From a virus (lineage: Duplodnaviria > Caudoviricetes): DNA of 64,000 bases. Each line of letters begins with the position of its first letter. Position 1 is the first letter of the stretch. A program made the translations under genes and the position numbers. Below the pieces are notes generated by a model that searched no databases, was not told where the DNA came from, and worked only from the letters and a program-made list of their open reading frames with translations. This document shows positions 1 to 9,369 of the stretch, piece after piece. Where the stretch lies: the IMG/VR virus record IMGVR_UViG_2600255093_000008, positions 1 to 64,000 of that record; one strand, written 5' to 3'.

Positions 1-876
1 CATGAAGTACACCCAATTCCAGCCCGAAGGCTTGAAACTCAGTTCAAACGTGATGTCCCACTCGTACCCGTTGCCGAGAGGTGAGTGCCGGCGGATGGGT
101 TTGAAGCCGGAGAACAGCACACATCCTTGCGGCATGCCGAACATTTCCGCACTGTTGATCTTCCCCAGGAACTGATCGTCTCCTTCGTCGCTGCCGAATA
201 CCCGCTGCCACAGCGCACTTCCGGGTTGCAGCGCTTCCTCTGGGAGTCGGTGCCACGTCACACTCACCACCGCGGACGGCATGATCTTACCGACGTTCAT
301 CGGGATCGACTGACCGTTCGGGGCCGCAGGAGTGCCGCGCTGCCACACGAACGCCGCCCCGGGCAGTTGGAGGTATTCGCCCGCAACCTCAAAAGCGTCA
401 CGACTCACGTAGCGGATCGTCTCGTCGTCACCCGCATCTGCAACGTCCTCATCCGTCGCCTGTGCGAACTGCATGTGCTCGTAAAGGACGCTAAATTCGC
501 AGTCCTGGAATACGTTGAGCTGTTCCGCGTTGAACTCGTACCCCTCTTCGGAATCAATCGGCACTTCGTTCCCGATCCACTTGTGGCCACGTGCGGCAAG
601 AATCTTGGTCGCTATCAATTTCCGGTACTTGGGGTGCGCCTGCGCGGGCAACCGGGACAGCTTCGTCGTGCCCGAATCGTCATATATCTGCGCGTGGCCG
701 AGGAAGAACGCGAATACGGCGGAACGGTGCTCCCACGCACACAGGAATGTCCGTTCCGCGTGGCTCGAATCGACTTCAAATGCTTCGGTCGGACTTCCAC
801 CGTCGCGTACCCCCCGCTCGCGGATCTTCCAACTCTTAATCGTCGCGACGTCCGGCGGCTCGATCGCGGGCATCAT
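1..876 (-). CDS. Phage tail-region protein (partial, runs off window start); homologue of 47537-48520
   Basis: Manual translation gives an open frame MMPAIEPPDVATIKSWKIRERG...LSRLPAQAHPKYRKL...SVTWHRLPEEAL...FLGKINSAEMFGMPQGCVLFSG...WDITFELSFKPSGWNWVYFM; upstream AGAGGT; motif order matches the prophage B protein. Confidence 0.7.
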   Translation of the reverse strand, partial: MMPAIEPPDVATIKSWKIRERGVRDGGSPTEAFEVDSSHAERTFLCAWEHRSAVFAFFLGHAQIYDDSGTTKLSRLPAQAHPKYRKLIATKILAARGHKWIGNEVPIDSEEGYEFNAEQLNVFQDCEFSVLYEHMQFAQATDEDVADAGDDETIRYVSRDAFEVAGEYLQLPGAAFVWQRGTPAAPNGQSIPMNVGKIMPSAVVSVTWHRLPEEALQPGSALWQRVFGSDEGDDQFLGKINSAEMFGMPQGCVLFSGFKPIRRHSPLGNGYEWDITFELSFKPSGWNWVYFM

Positions 877-1112
877 TCACCTCTGTTGGTTCTGAAGAAC
901 AATTTGGCGAAAGATTATATGTTCTTGACCGCGAGTTTGAAACAGTTGCCACTGGCGCGATTGCGCGTACTGCGCCGATTGCGCCATCCGGACCGGGGGT
1001 GTAGAGGGGAAATCTCGCAGGTGTGATCGGCTGAACAGTGGCGGCGCAGTTATCCTTGATGTGGGTAATTTCCTCTCTCATACCCACCAACTCGCACTCC
1101 GAGGTGAGAGGC

Positions 1113-1409
1113 ATGCGGCCACTTGTAATACAGTATGATCTGAGCAGCGCAAGCGAATTCGACTATCGGCCCCTCATCGACGAACTACACAAGTTCGGGG
1201 CGGTGCGGGCAACGAAGTCGGTCTGGTTCGTAGCGTCGTCGGCGAAACCGGTCGCGGTCCGGGATCACTTCCTCCGTTACATGCACGCGGACGATATGAT
1301 TTCCGTGAACACACTAGCCGTTGGTGGCGGTTACGCAACACAAAATTTGTCCGGCGCGGCCCTCGCGTGGCTCAAGGAATACACGCAGGCCAAAGAGAAA
1401 GTGCGCTGA
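1113..1409 (+). CDS. Stand-alone Cas2/VapD-like small protein (SinR-like family)
   Basis: VIQYDL...DYRPLIDELHKFG...SVWFV...VRDHFLRYMHADD...AWLK pattern; GAGAGG RBS before ATG 1113. Confidence 0.6.
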   Translation: MRPLVIQYDLSSASEFDYRPLIDELHKFGAVRATKSVWFVASSAKPVAVRDHFLRYMHADDMISVNTLAVGGGYATQNLSGAALAWLKEYTQAKEKVR

Positions 1410-1453
1410 CCCGACGCACAGTGTATCGGGACGCGCTCCTCGATTGACCGCTC

Positions 1454-1915
1454 CTAACGCCGGGGCGTGCGGCAGTGCCGTGCGGCGATCATCGCCTCGT
1501 AACGGTCCTGTTCGGCCCACGCCTCCTGTACCACGCGGATGCGCCGCTCGTCGCACCCGTGCAGGTCCGAGATGCAGTCCTCGGTGTACCCGCGCCCCTC
1601 CGAGCGGCACACGTCACACGGAGACTTATCGAGTCGCATACGATCCACCCGAGCCTCGCGCTTGCGCAGAACCTCGTCCCGTGCGGCCTTCACTGCGGCT
1701 GCTCGCGCGGCCTGCTCCGCGATCACTTTCTCCGCGGCCGCACGTGTGGCGGCCGCACGTGTGGCGGCCGCACGCGCGGCCTGTTCCGCCGCCTGCTCCG
1801 CGATAATCGCTGCCCGCTTTGCCGCTTCCTCCGCGGTCTTTCTCTTGGCGGCCTGAGCCACCTCGTAGCGCGCTAAACGGCGTTCGAGCCTACGAAGCCA
1901 TGCTCCAGTTCCCAT
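1454..1915 (-). CDS. Ala/Arg-rich hypothetical protein with C-terminal CxxC
   Basis: ORF with AAGGAG RBS; co-oriented with the satellite operon. Confidence 0.55.
   Translation of the reverse strand: MGTGAWLRRLERRLARYEVAQAAKRKTAEEAAKRAAIIAEQAAEQAARAAATRAAATRAAAEKVIAEQAARAAAVKAARDEVLRKREARVDRMRLDKSPCDVCRSEGRGYTEDCISDLHGCDERRIRVVQEAWAEQDRYEAMIAARHCRTPRR
1734..1778. repeat. 15-bp tandem repeat x3 (GCGGCCGCACGTGTG) encoding RAAAT repeats
   Basis: Seen directly; third copy imperfect. Confidence 0.9.
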
Positions 1916-1916
1916 C

Positions 1917-2315
1917 TCAGCTCCTTTCACGTTGACCGCGGTGGTCCGCGGCGATCTGTTCCAGTACGGTCAGCCGCACGTCCTCGTCCGTAACCTTGCA
2001 CGTTCGCAGTGCCAGGTCCGCCAGTGCGAGCGCGGCCCGCATTCGCACCATCGCGGGCTGGTTCGTGTCGTCGCGGATCTCCCGCAACACGTCCACGGAC
2101 GACCGGAACTCGCGCTTAAGCGTCGTCACGGACTCGGACCAGTGCGCCCCCCGCGCGGTCGCGAGCGCGACTCGGACGTCGGGCCGGGCCAACGCGCGGT
2201 ACACGGTCGCGTGCCCGACCCCGAGTTCGGCCGCAGCCTGGACCGGCGTTTTGCCCTCCGTCAACAGCGCGACGAGGGCTTCGTCGCGCACCGATAACGA
2301 TTCATTGAGACTCAC
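1917..2315 (-). CDS. HTH protein (satellite-type, possible small-terminase-like/packaging protein)
   Basis: LLTEGKTPVQAAAELGVGHATVYRAL helix-turn-helix followed by a helical VRMRAALALADL tail. Confidence 0.65.
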   Translation of the reverse strand: MSLNESLSVRDEALVALLTEGKTPVQAAAELGVGHATVYRALARPDVRVALATARGAHWSESVTTLKREFRSSVDVLREIRDDTNQPAMVRMRAALALADLALRTCKVTDEDVRLTVLEQIAADHRGQRERS

Positions 2316-2370
2316 GAATTACACCCTCGAATCGAATTCCCGTCGTGCCCCGAACTGCGAGCCGCGAGTG

Positions 2371-2727
2371 TTAGTAGAGCGGTAGCGCGTTGAGAGCCTC
2401 GATCGCCGCTTCCTGTCGGGCGACCTCGTCGAGCCGAGCGTTTACGAACGCCGCGATCTCAGTCCCGAGCGCGTCCAGTTTCGCCTGCGCGTCGGCGGCC
2501 AGCGCTGCAATCGCGCTCTGCCGGTCGGATAGGGTTCCGGCGTTCCGCACCGCTTCGTCGATCGCGTTGTGGCTCGCGATCTTAACGAATTGAAGTTCCT
2601 CAAGACGCGCGATCGCGTCCCTCGTCGAGAGCGGAACGTAGACGGGGATCGTGAGCGCGCTCCGGCTCGCGTTGCCCGTTGGGATCAGCTTCGGTGCCCC
2701 GACCTGGGCGGAAGTTGTCGTGCTCAT
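2371..2727 (-). CDS. Hypothetical coiled-coil protein
   Basis: AGGAG RBS before ATG 2727 (MSTTTSAQ...). Confidence 0.6.
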   Translation of the reverse strand: MSTTTSAQVGAPKLIPTGNASRSALTIPVYVPLSTRDAIARLEELQFVKIASHNAIDEAVRNAGTLSDRQSAIAALAADAQAKLDALGTEIAAFVNARLDEVARQEAAIEALNALPLY

Positions 2728-2892
2728 TACCAGACTCCTGTTAAGGGACCAAACTGCGGTCACCGTGACCGCGGAAACCAGTTCAACCAAGAGCCAACAA
2801 AAACCCACACTTCGCTTGCAAATTGAAACGCTTATTAATTGGATCTTTAATCGCGATCTTGGTTACAGTTGCCCGCACTGCGATCGAGTACA

Positions 2893-3187
2893 GGTGACGA
2901 GGTGACAGGGGCAGTTTTCAACCCTGTCACGCATTGAACCCCAAGAGCTACAAGCGGTTGGAGCGAGGGCGTGACAGGTGACAGGGGGGAAGCGTATTAC
3001 CGACTTCTCTCTGGCAAAGGCATCTGTGTCTCTCATTAAGAGAGAGATCCTTAGCTGTACTTAGTTTCTAAGTCACTTACCCTGTCACCCTGTCACTAAC
3101 CAGTTACAAACCCTGTAATTTCAAGCCTTTGAGCCGGTGACAGGGTAAGTTGTCGCCCCTGTCACCGATCCGTCACGCCTGTCACCC
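2893..3187. repeat. Cluster of about 12 GTGAC(A)/(T)GTCAC motifs in both orientations; putative replication origin (iterons)
   Basis: GGTGACAGGG and CCTGTCAC repeated around an AT-richer core at the 3' end of the primase-helicase. Confidence 0.7.
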
Positions 3188-6078
3188 GACTGCCGTCCGT
3201 GCTTGCCCGACTTCGCGGCTCTCGACTGCCCGACAAGATCACGTAGCTCGGTCGCTTTCTTTCGCGCGCGTAGCCCACTCGCGTCGGGCAGGTCACCTCC
3301 GACCCAAAAGTACACTCGCGCGGTGTTCGTTCGACCGCGCACGATTTGCGGGATCTTGCCTGCGTAGCGCCCGACTTCGGCGAGGGCCGCCGCAGGTTTG
3401 CGGCGCCCGGTCCGGTACAGAGCACCGTCCGCGATCATCGCCACCTCCTCGACCGTCAGTTCGATAACCGCCGATTCGAGTTCGTCGCGCGGAACCGCCC
3501 GTTGCGTCGCGAGGTAGGTTCGGAACGCTTCGGCCAGCGCTTCGGCGTTCACGTCGTCGCTATCGGCTGCGTCGCGCCGCTCCCCTAGCTCCCGTAACAC
3601 GGCCTCAAACTCCGCGCGATCGGCACAGCACCCGGCCAGAACCTTCGTCTCCCACAGCGACCACCGGCTCAGCCCCGGCGCGGACGCCCAATCGAGTGTC
3701 TCGGCTCGGCGGATCACGTCGATCGCGCTGGCCCACAACTCGGCGTAATAATCCGGGTTGGTGCGGTATTCGTTCACATTGTCGCCCCAACGCGGGTCGC
3801 GCGTGCTCGGACGCGCGAGGCGGATTGGAACCACGCGCTGAGCGAAGTCCTTGCTCAATGACCCGCCGTTCATAGTGAGAAAAATCGTGTGGTAGTTCCG
3901 AACCCGCCCCTCTCCCGCGTACAGTTGACGGCCCGAGTGTTCTTCCGCGGTGATCAACCCTTCAAAGTCCCCGTTGCTCAGTTGATCGGATTTGATGTTG
4001 TCCAGGATGATGACCCACTTGCCCGTTCCTTCCGGGGACAAGATGCGGGTCCGAAGGTCGCTCACCGTGCTGTCCTGCGTGAACGACAGCGCCCCGCCCG
4101 CGTGTGCGGCATTGCATTCCGCCGCGGTAGATTTACCCACACCCCGCCCGCCCTCGGCATCGTCCTCCGGCGCCGTGAATAGAAACACGGGGCGCTTGCC
4201 CGGTGGCCCGCCCCAACTCAACGTGACGAACGCGGCTTTCAGCAGCACCCGGTCGACGGCCGCTGCCGGGTTAAATTCCCCAATGAAGCGATCGAGAACG
4301 TCGTAGTGCGGGCACTGGCGCTGCGCCGCAGGCAACGGAACCGACTCGACGCAGAACATATCCGAAGGCATGGGGTATCGCGGGCGCGGGAAGTACCCGT
4401 GATACTTGGGCACAAGGGCGCGCACCGCGCCGGGCATATCGTCCCAGACGGGCAACCCCGTCCCGTCCCGCCACACAATCGGGTACTGTGCGTTCCGCAC
4501 CACCCGCGCGACGTAGGCGTGTAGAGCCTTCGCGGTGGAAATCGCAACCACGTGCCCGTCTTCGACCGCGAACAAGCCGCCGGGGAAGCTGTTGAGCGTG
4601 CTCCCGACCGCGGCCACGATGTCGGCGGCGATGTCGTTGACGTTCCGGCCGACGATCTCGAACTCATGAGGGGCCGTTCCGGTCGGGTCGGCCGGGAGAT
4701 CCGCCACCTGAAACGCGCGTTCGTCTGCCGCCCCGAGTTCGTTCCACATTTGGAGCAATTGGTGCGGTGTAACCCCGAGTGCGTCCGCGATCGCGCGGCG
4801 CCGCTTCTCGTTGGTCGGATTCGCCCGATCGCAGAAAACCACCGCACCGTTTTTGCACCCCTCGATCGTAACTGTGTTGTTCTTGGCGGGGTTGCTGAAC
4901 CTTACGACATCGGTCTTGCGGTCCGCGGGATCGCACTTCGCGGTGGCTTTCGGCCGTTCGAGGAAGTTGGCGATGGTGTTCACGGGCAGCATCGCCCGAT
5001 CCGCCTTCTTACGCGCGGCCTCGACGTCCGCGCCGGCTTCGCGGGCACACGAGAAGACGGCCGCCGAGTACGCGGGCTTCAGTATCGAATCGGGTATGGC
5101 CGGGAACCGTTTACGAAGGTGTGGCGCGGTAACCTCCCACCGCGAACCCTGCTTAACCATCTGGAAAAGCGGGCTGTCGTGGGTCAGCGCCGGCTCGCCA
5201 ACAACGTGCTCCGGGATAATCGCGGAGAACGGAACGAAGCCCGGATTACGCATACGGCCGTATCCAAGCCCCTTACCCTCGCACCGGAAACACTTGATCC
5301 CGCCTTCCTGAATCTGTATCGGGTTCACGGACGACGACGGACCGGGGGCAATCGGGCACTCCTCATGCGAGAGGCGTTGGTTGATGTGCCAGCCGCGCGT
5401 TTCGAGCCATTCGTCCCGCCTCTCGGGATCTACCTCACGGCGCGGATGGAACCCCGCTGAAAACCCGGATACGTCGGTGTTCGGAGTTTGGGTGTAGACC
5501 GCGCCACCGAGCGCGCCACCGTGCTTCGTCGAGGGTGACATGGGGTTGCGAGAGCGGGAGAGAAGCTCCGCTCCGGCGGACCGGTCGGCTTCGAGCCACG
5601 CCACGGCCGCCACTGCCGCGAGTTCTTTCGCGGTATAGCCGTCCGCCGCGGCGTAGATGAGTTTACACCCACCACCGTGACTCAGGTGGTACGCGAAAGG
5701 CCGGGGCTGAATCCCCGCGGCGCGAGTCTCCGTTAACTCGGGTTTGGGTGGGTAGGCTTGGTGGTAGTCCACGTCCAGTTCGCATGCCCGATCAGTGCCT
5801 TCCCACCCGATAACTTCATCCGGCGTGTCGCTCGTACTCAAGGCGGTCAAAATTGCTTCTTGGGGCGTCTCCCCGGTGATCGGTATCGCCTCACTTGCGG
5901 TGGTGTGCATGGACCGCTTGTAAAGCGTGAATGCCCCGCTCGCTCCAAGAGGTAACGCCTCAATGTCGGCTTGAACATTGCCCTTCCGCAACGGGGTACT
6001 CGAACCGGAATCGGCCCCATTTGAATCGATTGCTAATTCTATCGCTTTATTTTCATCTCTTGTGTGCGTAGAATCCAT
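3121..6078 (-). CDS. AEP-type primase/polymerase fused to SF3 helicase
   Basis: ELDVD, HLSHGGGCKLIY, Zn-finger CPI...CFRC, Walker A GRGVGKST, Walker B IILDN, motif C FLTMN; AGGAG RBS before ATG 6078. Confidence 0.85.
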   Translation of the reverse strand: MDSTHTRDENKAIELAIDSNGADSGSSTPLRKGNVQADIEALPLGASGAFTLYKRSMHTTASEAIPITGETPQEAILTALSTSDTPDEVIGWEGTDRACELDVDYHQAYPPKPELTETRAAGIQPRPFAYHLSHGGGCKLIYAAADGYTAKELAAVAAVAWLEADRSAGAELLSRSRNPMSPSTKHGGALGGAVYTQTPNTDVSGFSAGFHPRREVDPERRDEWLETRGWHINQRLSHEECPIAPGPSSSVNPIQIQEGGIKCFRCEGKGLGYGRMRNPGFVPFSAIIPEHVVGEPALTHDSPLFQMVKQGSRWEVTAPHLRKRFPAIPDSILKPAYSAAVFSCAREAGADVEAARKKADRAMLPVNTIANFLERPKATAKCDPADRKTDVVRFSNPAKNNTVTIEGCKNGAVVFCDRANPTNEKRRRAIADALGVTPHQLLQMWNELGAADERAFQVADLPADPTGTAPHEFEIVGRNVNDIAADIVAAVGSTLNSFPGGLFAVEDGHVVAISTAKALHAYVARVVRNAQYPIVWRDGTGLPVWDDMPGAVRALVPKYHGYFPRPRYPMPSDMFCVESVPLPAAQRQCPHYDVLDRFIGEFNPAAAVDRVLLKAAFVTLSWGGPPGKRPVFLFTAPEDDAEGGRGVGKSTAAECNAAHAGGALSFTQDSTVSDLRTRILSPEGTGKWVIILDNIKSDQLSNGDFEGLITAEEHSGRQLYAGEGRVRNYHTIFLTMNGGSLSKDFAQRVVPIRLARPSTRDPRWGDNVNEYRTNPDYYAELWASAIDVIRRAETLDWASAPGLSRWSLWETKVLAGCCADRAEFEAVLRELGERRDAADSDDVNAEALAEAFRTYLATQRAVPRDELESAVIELTVEEVAMIADGALYRTGRRKPAAALAEVGRYAGKIPQIVRGRTNTARVYFWVGGDLPDASGLRARKKATELRDLVGQSRAAKSGKHGRQSGDRRDGSVTGATTYPVTGSKA

Positions 6079-6306
6079 TGTCACTCCTGTTACTGCTCCG
6101 GGTGGCGCCGGGGCCGAAGCACACCGCACGTCGGCGCGGTGTGTTTTCGTTTTGGCTCCGTGCGATCTGATCCTTCGGTTCTCAGAAAACCGCTCAATGC
6201 TCAAGCGACCATTGAGCGGTTTGGCTTCCGCCGTCACTGCGAGTTGGGTTCACTCGGGAACATTTCCACGGTGCCGGCGGGTACCGCCGCCACGATCTGT
6301 TGAGCG

Positions 6307-6636
6307 TCAGACACCCAGGAGCGCGAGCGTCGCGTTTGCCGCGGCGACACCTCGTTCCCGTTCTGCGGGCGTGCGCAAAGCGGGGGCATTGTCCGGTGCC
6401 ACGTGCGTAGCCGTGATCCGCTCAATGAAGGCATCGAGCCAGTCCTGGCACGTCGCCCACTTCGAGCCGATGCGAACCGCACGTAGCTTCACGCGCGTTC
6501 CATCGCCCGCGCGCACGTCCGTTTGAATCCAACGTGTCAGCGTGGCCGAGTAAACACCGCGCCCGCCGCGCCCCGTGTCGCCGAGTCGTCGCGCGGCTTC
6601 AGCTAGCCCGATCAAGCGCGTCCCGTTGTCGCTCAC
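6307..6636 (-). CDS. DUF1580-like excisionase/AlpA-type DNA-binding protein
   Basis: IGLAEAARRL...SATLTRWIQ...KLRAVRIGSKWAT pattern; GTG start with GGGAG RBS; adjacent to integrase. Confidence 0.8.
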   Translation of the reverse strand: MSDNGTRLIGLAEAARRLGDTGRGGRGVYSATLTRWIQTDVRAGDGTRVKLRAVRIGSKWATCQDWLDAFIERITATHVAPDNAPALRTPAERERGVAAANATLALLGV

Positions 6637-6774
6637 GTTCGGCTCCCGTTCGTGTCGTGTGAGTTCGCAAAGGCTGTCACTAATTAGTAGGCACGCGACG
6701 AGACGGCGCACTAGGGGCAGAAACGCTGAAAATTGCAGTATTTCGCGCTGTATGTGCGAATCGCGATGGAAATT

Positions 6775-6812
6775 GCAACGGCCGCTGCAATTGGTGTTGC
6801 AGCGGCCGTTGC
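6775..6812. promoter_or_regulatory. Perfect 16-bp inverted repeat between integrase and DUF1580 gene
   Basis: GCAACGGCCGCTGCAA-ttggtg-TTGCAGCGGCCGTTGC. Confidence 0.6.
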
Positions 6813-6839
6813 GAGTGAGGGTTTTCGGGGTCGCGGGCA

Positions 6840-8069
6840 CTAACCGGCGCGCTCCGCGGCGTGCATCGCGAGCGCGCGGTCCGCAGTCCGGCTGTAGTGA
6901 TCGGACATGTTCAAGGCGGAGTGCCCGAGTACCGCGCGAACGTGGTCGGGGCCGAATTGCTCGCGCAACTCAACGGCGCGCAGGTGGCGGAGCGTGTAGG
7001 GTGTGAACGGGGCGACACCCGCTTTCAGGCACGCGCGGCGCACGGCACATGAAAGAGTGAGGTGCGAGTAGACCGCGCCCGGCGCGCGTTTCCGGGCCGC
7101 TCCTTTTCGCTTCGTGGCGTTTCGCCGCATGTGCGAAGGCCAGCGTTTCGTCTTTCGGGCCGCGGACCGCTCAGTGTTGTGTTCGGCGTGCGCGCGGGCT
7201 GGCGAGAAGACGTAATCATCGGGATCGGGCGTTTTGTCCAACCAGGGAGCTAGAACCGTTTGGGCGTCCGGCCCGATGTAGACGGCCCGCGACTTCCCGC
7301 GCCAACTGCTCTTGTGACGGGTCGGCTTCAGTTCCCAGATGGGACCGGTGCGATCGATCTCGCACGGTTTCATTTTCAGAATCTCCGACGGGCGCGCCCC
7401 CGTCAGCCAAAGGGTGCGGATGATCGCGGCCACCGGTGGCCGGAGCAGAGGTAACACCTTCGCGACCGCGGTCGGATCGGCGGGCATACGAGCCTCTCCC
7501 TCCGCGGCCCCGTCACGCCCCGGCGCAAGGGGGCGCACCGCGCTCAATTTTTCCAGCACCCCCACCGCGACGGGTAACCCGTCCTCGACGCACCAACGAA
7601 TGAACCCCCGCACCATTTTCGCGCGCCGGTTGACTTGGTTCCGGACTCGGCCGTCGCCGATCATGGCTTGACGGACCGTTTTGAAGCACCGAATGTCGAA
7701 CTCTGCCAGCGGCAGCGCGCCGAAAAACCGTTGGAGGTAGCGGAGTGTAATTTTGATGTCTTCGGCCGTTCCGGTCGGCGTACCGTCCGGATTGCGGTAG
7801 TAACCTTCGACGTGCGAAACGTACTTCACGAGCGCTTCGGCCACGGTCAGATCGGCGGGCGCGTTAACGGGCGCCGGCGCCCCGTGGACCGGCGCAACCG
7901 ATCGGCCCGCACGAAGCCGCACGAGTAACCGTTCGTATTCCAGTTGAGCTTGCTCGGAACCCCAGGGACCGAGTGTGACCGTGCGGCGGGTCGGACCGTC
8001 GTAAATATCGACGACCGCGGCGCCTTTGTGTTGACGGGGGTTCGGGAACGGATTTTTCCGACGCGACAT
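6840..8069 (-). CDS. int: Tyrosine integrase of element S
   Basis: TGARPSEI, YTLRHLRA, VLGHSALNMSDHY catalytic motifs; 110 bp from the att copy. Confidence 0.95.
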   Translation of the reverse strand: MSRRKNPFPNPRQHKGAAVVDIYDGPTRRTVTLGPWGSEQAQLEYERLLVRLRAGRSVAPVHGAPAPVNAPADLTVAEALVKYVSHVEGYYRNPDGTPTGTAEDIKITLRYLQRFFGALPLAEFDIRCFKTVRQAMIGDGRVRNQVNRRAKMVRGFIRWCVEDGLPVAVGVLEKLSAVRPLAPGRDGAAEGEARMPADPTAVAKVLPLLRPPVAAIIRTLWLTGARPSEILKMKPCEIDRTGPIWELKPTRHKSSWRGKSRAVYIGPDAQTVLAPWLDKTPDPDDYVFSPARAHAEHNTERSAARKTKRWPSHMRRNATKRKGAARKRAPGAVYSHLTLSCAVRRACLKAGVAPFTPYTLRHLRAVELREQFGPDHVRAVLGHSALNMSDHYSRTADRALAMHAAERAG

Positions 8070-8179
8070 TCTGACACCTTTCGTATTGCGGGAGTTCCCG
8101 CAGTATCAAGGCTGTCGAGACGTCGCACCGGAACACCCGGTGGTAAGCTGAAGCGCTTCGGCTAAAAGGACTTAAGGCA

Positions 8180-8224
8180 AGGGTGACTGACGGGATTTGA
8201 ACCCGCGACTTCCAGATCCACAAT
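8180..8224 (-). repeat. att site: 3' half of tRNA-His(GUG), copy 1
   Basis: ATTGTGGATCTGGAAGTCGCGGGTTCAAATCCCGTCAGTCACCCT: GTG anticodon, T-arm GGTTCAAATCC, acceptor 3' strand; 5' half absent; identical to 32952-32996. Confidence 0.92.
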
Positions 8225-8361
8225 TGACAAGTGACACTTTTCACAAACCCCACAAAACCAAGCGTTTTCACAGCAAGTGTCGTAATGCAAAGCACTTCGG
8301 AATTCTAATTTTAATTCCAATTTCCCGCTCCTACACCCCAATTTCCCGCTCTTTACCCTGT

Positions 8362-8384
8362 GTTTGGAGACAAGTTTAGAGACA
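8362..8384 (+). promoter_or_regulatory. Putative integrase arm-type sites (GTTTGGAGACA, GTTTAGAGACA)
   Basis: Tandem pair; the same 11-mer recurs at 32883 inside the other end of prophage A. Confidence 0.55.
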
Positions 8385-8736
8385 GTATTGTGAACAAATA
8401 AACACACGAAGCCAGCCTAAGTGTCTAATTGCAAGCCTTAAGAAGCGATGAAAAGGAGCACAAATGCGATCTCTCTTCAATTCCTGCAAAACAATATTTT
8501 CACTCGAAATTATTCCAACAGAATAAATACTTCGAAGATTCCAATTGGCATATTAACCACTTTCACTTGGTTTGCGATACAAAGCTTATTACCATTCCGT
8601 AGGTGAAATATATCAAGTGTCAATCAGAACAATACCAAACAATTCCTTCTGACGCCGCTTGACTTCCAACCATTTCGCGTGATCATTTTTCTGGGGCTTG
8701 TCCTTTTCGGCGAATTGCGCCTTCAGGGAAGCCCTC

Positions 8737-9102
8737 ATGTGCGACAACATCTACGGATTACTTGCGATCGTCGCGGTAGCTATTGCAGCCGTTCGGTTGG
8801 TTGAAAAGGTTCTGCCAAAGGCTTACGTAGTTATAAAGTGGTTTGGTTTGCTGATCATCTTTAGCGACACTCCTCCAAAGGAAGAGCACAAAGCTCCGGA
8901 GGAATCGCATAAAGCTCAAAACGCTGTCTGCGATTCGTCACCTCCAAAGCAAAAGCGAAAGCGGAAGCCAAAGCCCCCGAGCAGTGATGTGGAGATCCCT
9001 CCTTCTATCACTGCGCCGCTTGGCACCACCCCTACATCTGCTACGATCAAATCTCAGTTGGAACCAATCCCATTGGAACCAACGGTCAAATCAAAGGAGT
9101 AG
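8737..9102 (+). CDS. Membrane protein with Pro/Lys-rich C-terminal tail
   Basis: N-terminal hydrophobic segments followed by a low-complexity tail. Confidence 0.55.
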   Translation: MCDNIYGLLAIVAVAIAAVRLVEKVLPKAYVVIKWFGLLIIFSDTPPKEEHKAPEESHKAQNAVCDSSPPKQKRKRKPKPPSSDVEIPPSITAPLGTTPTSATIKSQLEPIPLEPTVKSKE

Positions 9103-9105
9103 CAG

Positions 9106-9369
9106 ATGCGTCTCGACGATGACGGCGACTACGAATTCGTTCGCGTCCCGAAGAAGCGGAAGGTGAAGGGCAAAAACTGGTTCGCGGTGAAGGTGTACGC
9201 GGTCGGTGTTGTGCTGGCGATCGGGTTCATTGCGTTGAACGCGATCCACGGGGCAACGAGTCAGCAGATTCGGAACGAGACGGAACGATCGCAGCAACTT
9301 GGTGAGCAACACTCGCGAATGGTGGGTGCGGAAATCGAACGGAATCGAAAAGCAGCCGGGTTCAAATAG
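9106..9369 (+). CDS. Single-TM hypothetical protein
   Basis: GGAG RBS; hydrophobic VYAVGVVLAIGFIAL. Confidence 0.6.
   Translation: MRLDDDGDYEFVRVPKKRKVKGKNWFAVKVYAVGVVLAIGFIALNAIHGATSQQIRNETERSQQLGEQHSRMVGAEIERNRKAAGFK

Larger units (their letters stand above)
1..8224 (-). mobile_element. Element S: phage-satellite/PICI-like integrative element (left end outside window)
   Basis: att copy at 8180-8224 followed on the minus strand by integrase, DUF1580 regulator, primase-helicase, iteron cluster and HTH protein; no capsid or terminase seen in the visible part. Confidence 0.75.

Noticed and set aside
85-1026. 313-aa plus-strand ORF in the ORF track
   Set aside because: Antisense shadow; the minus-strand frame (<1-876) has an RBS, protein-like composition and a homologue in prophage B
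1113-1409. CRISPR-Cas locus
   Set aside because: No cas1, no other cas genes and no regularly spaced repeat-spacer array seen anywhere in the window
1734-1778. 15-bp tandem repeat as a contingency or regulatory locus
   Set aside because: In-frame coding repeat (RAAAT) within an Ala-rich helix; no frame-switching potential
8180-8224. Intact tRNA-His gene at either att copy
   Set aside because: Both copies lack the D-arm and 5' acceptor strand; the flanks diverge right at the anticodon loop
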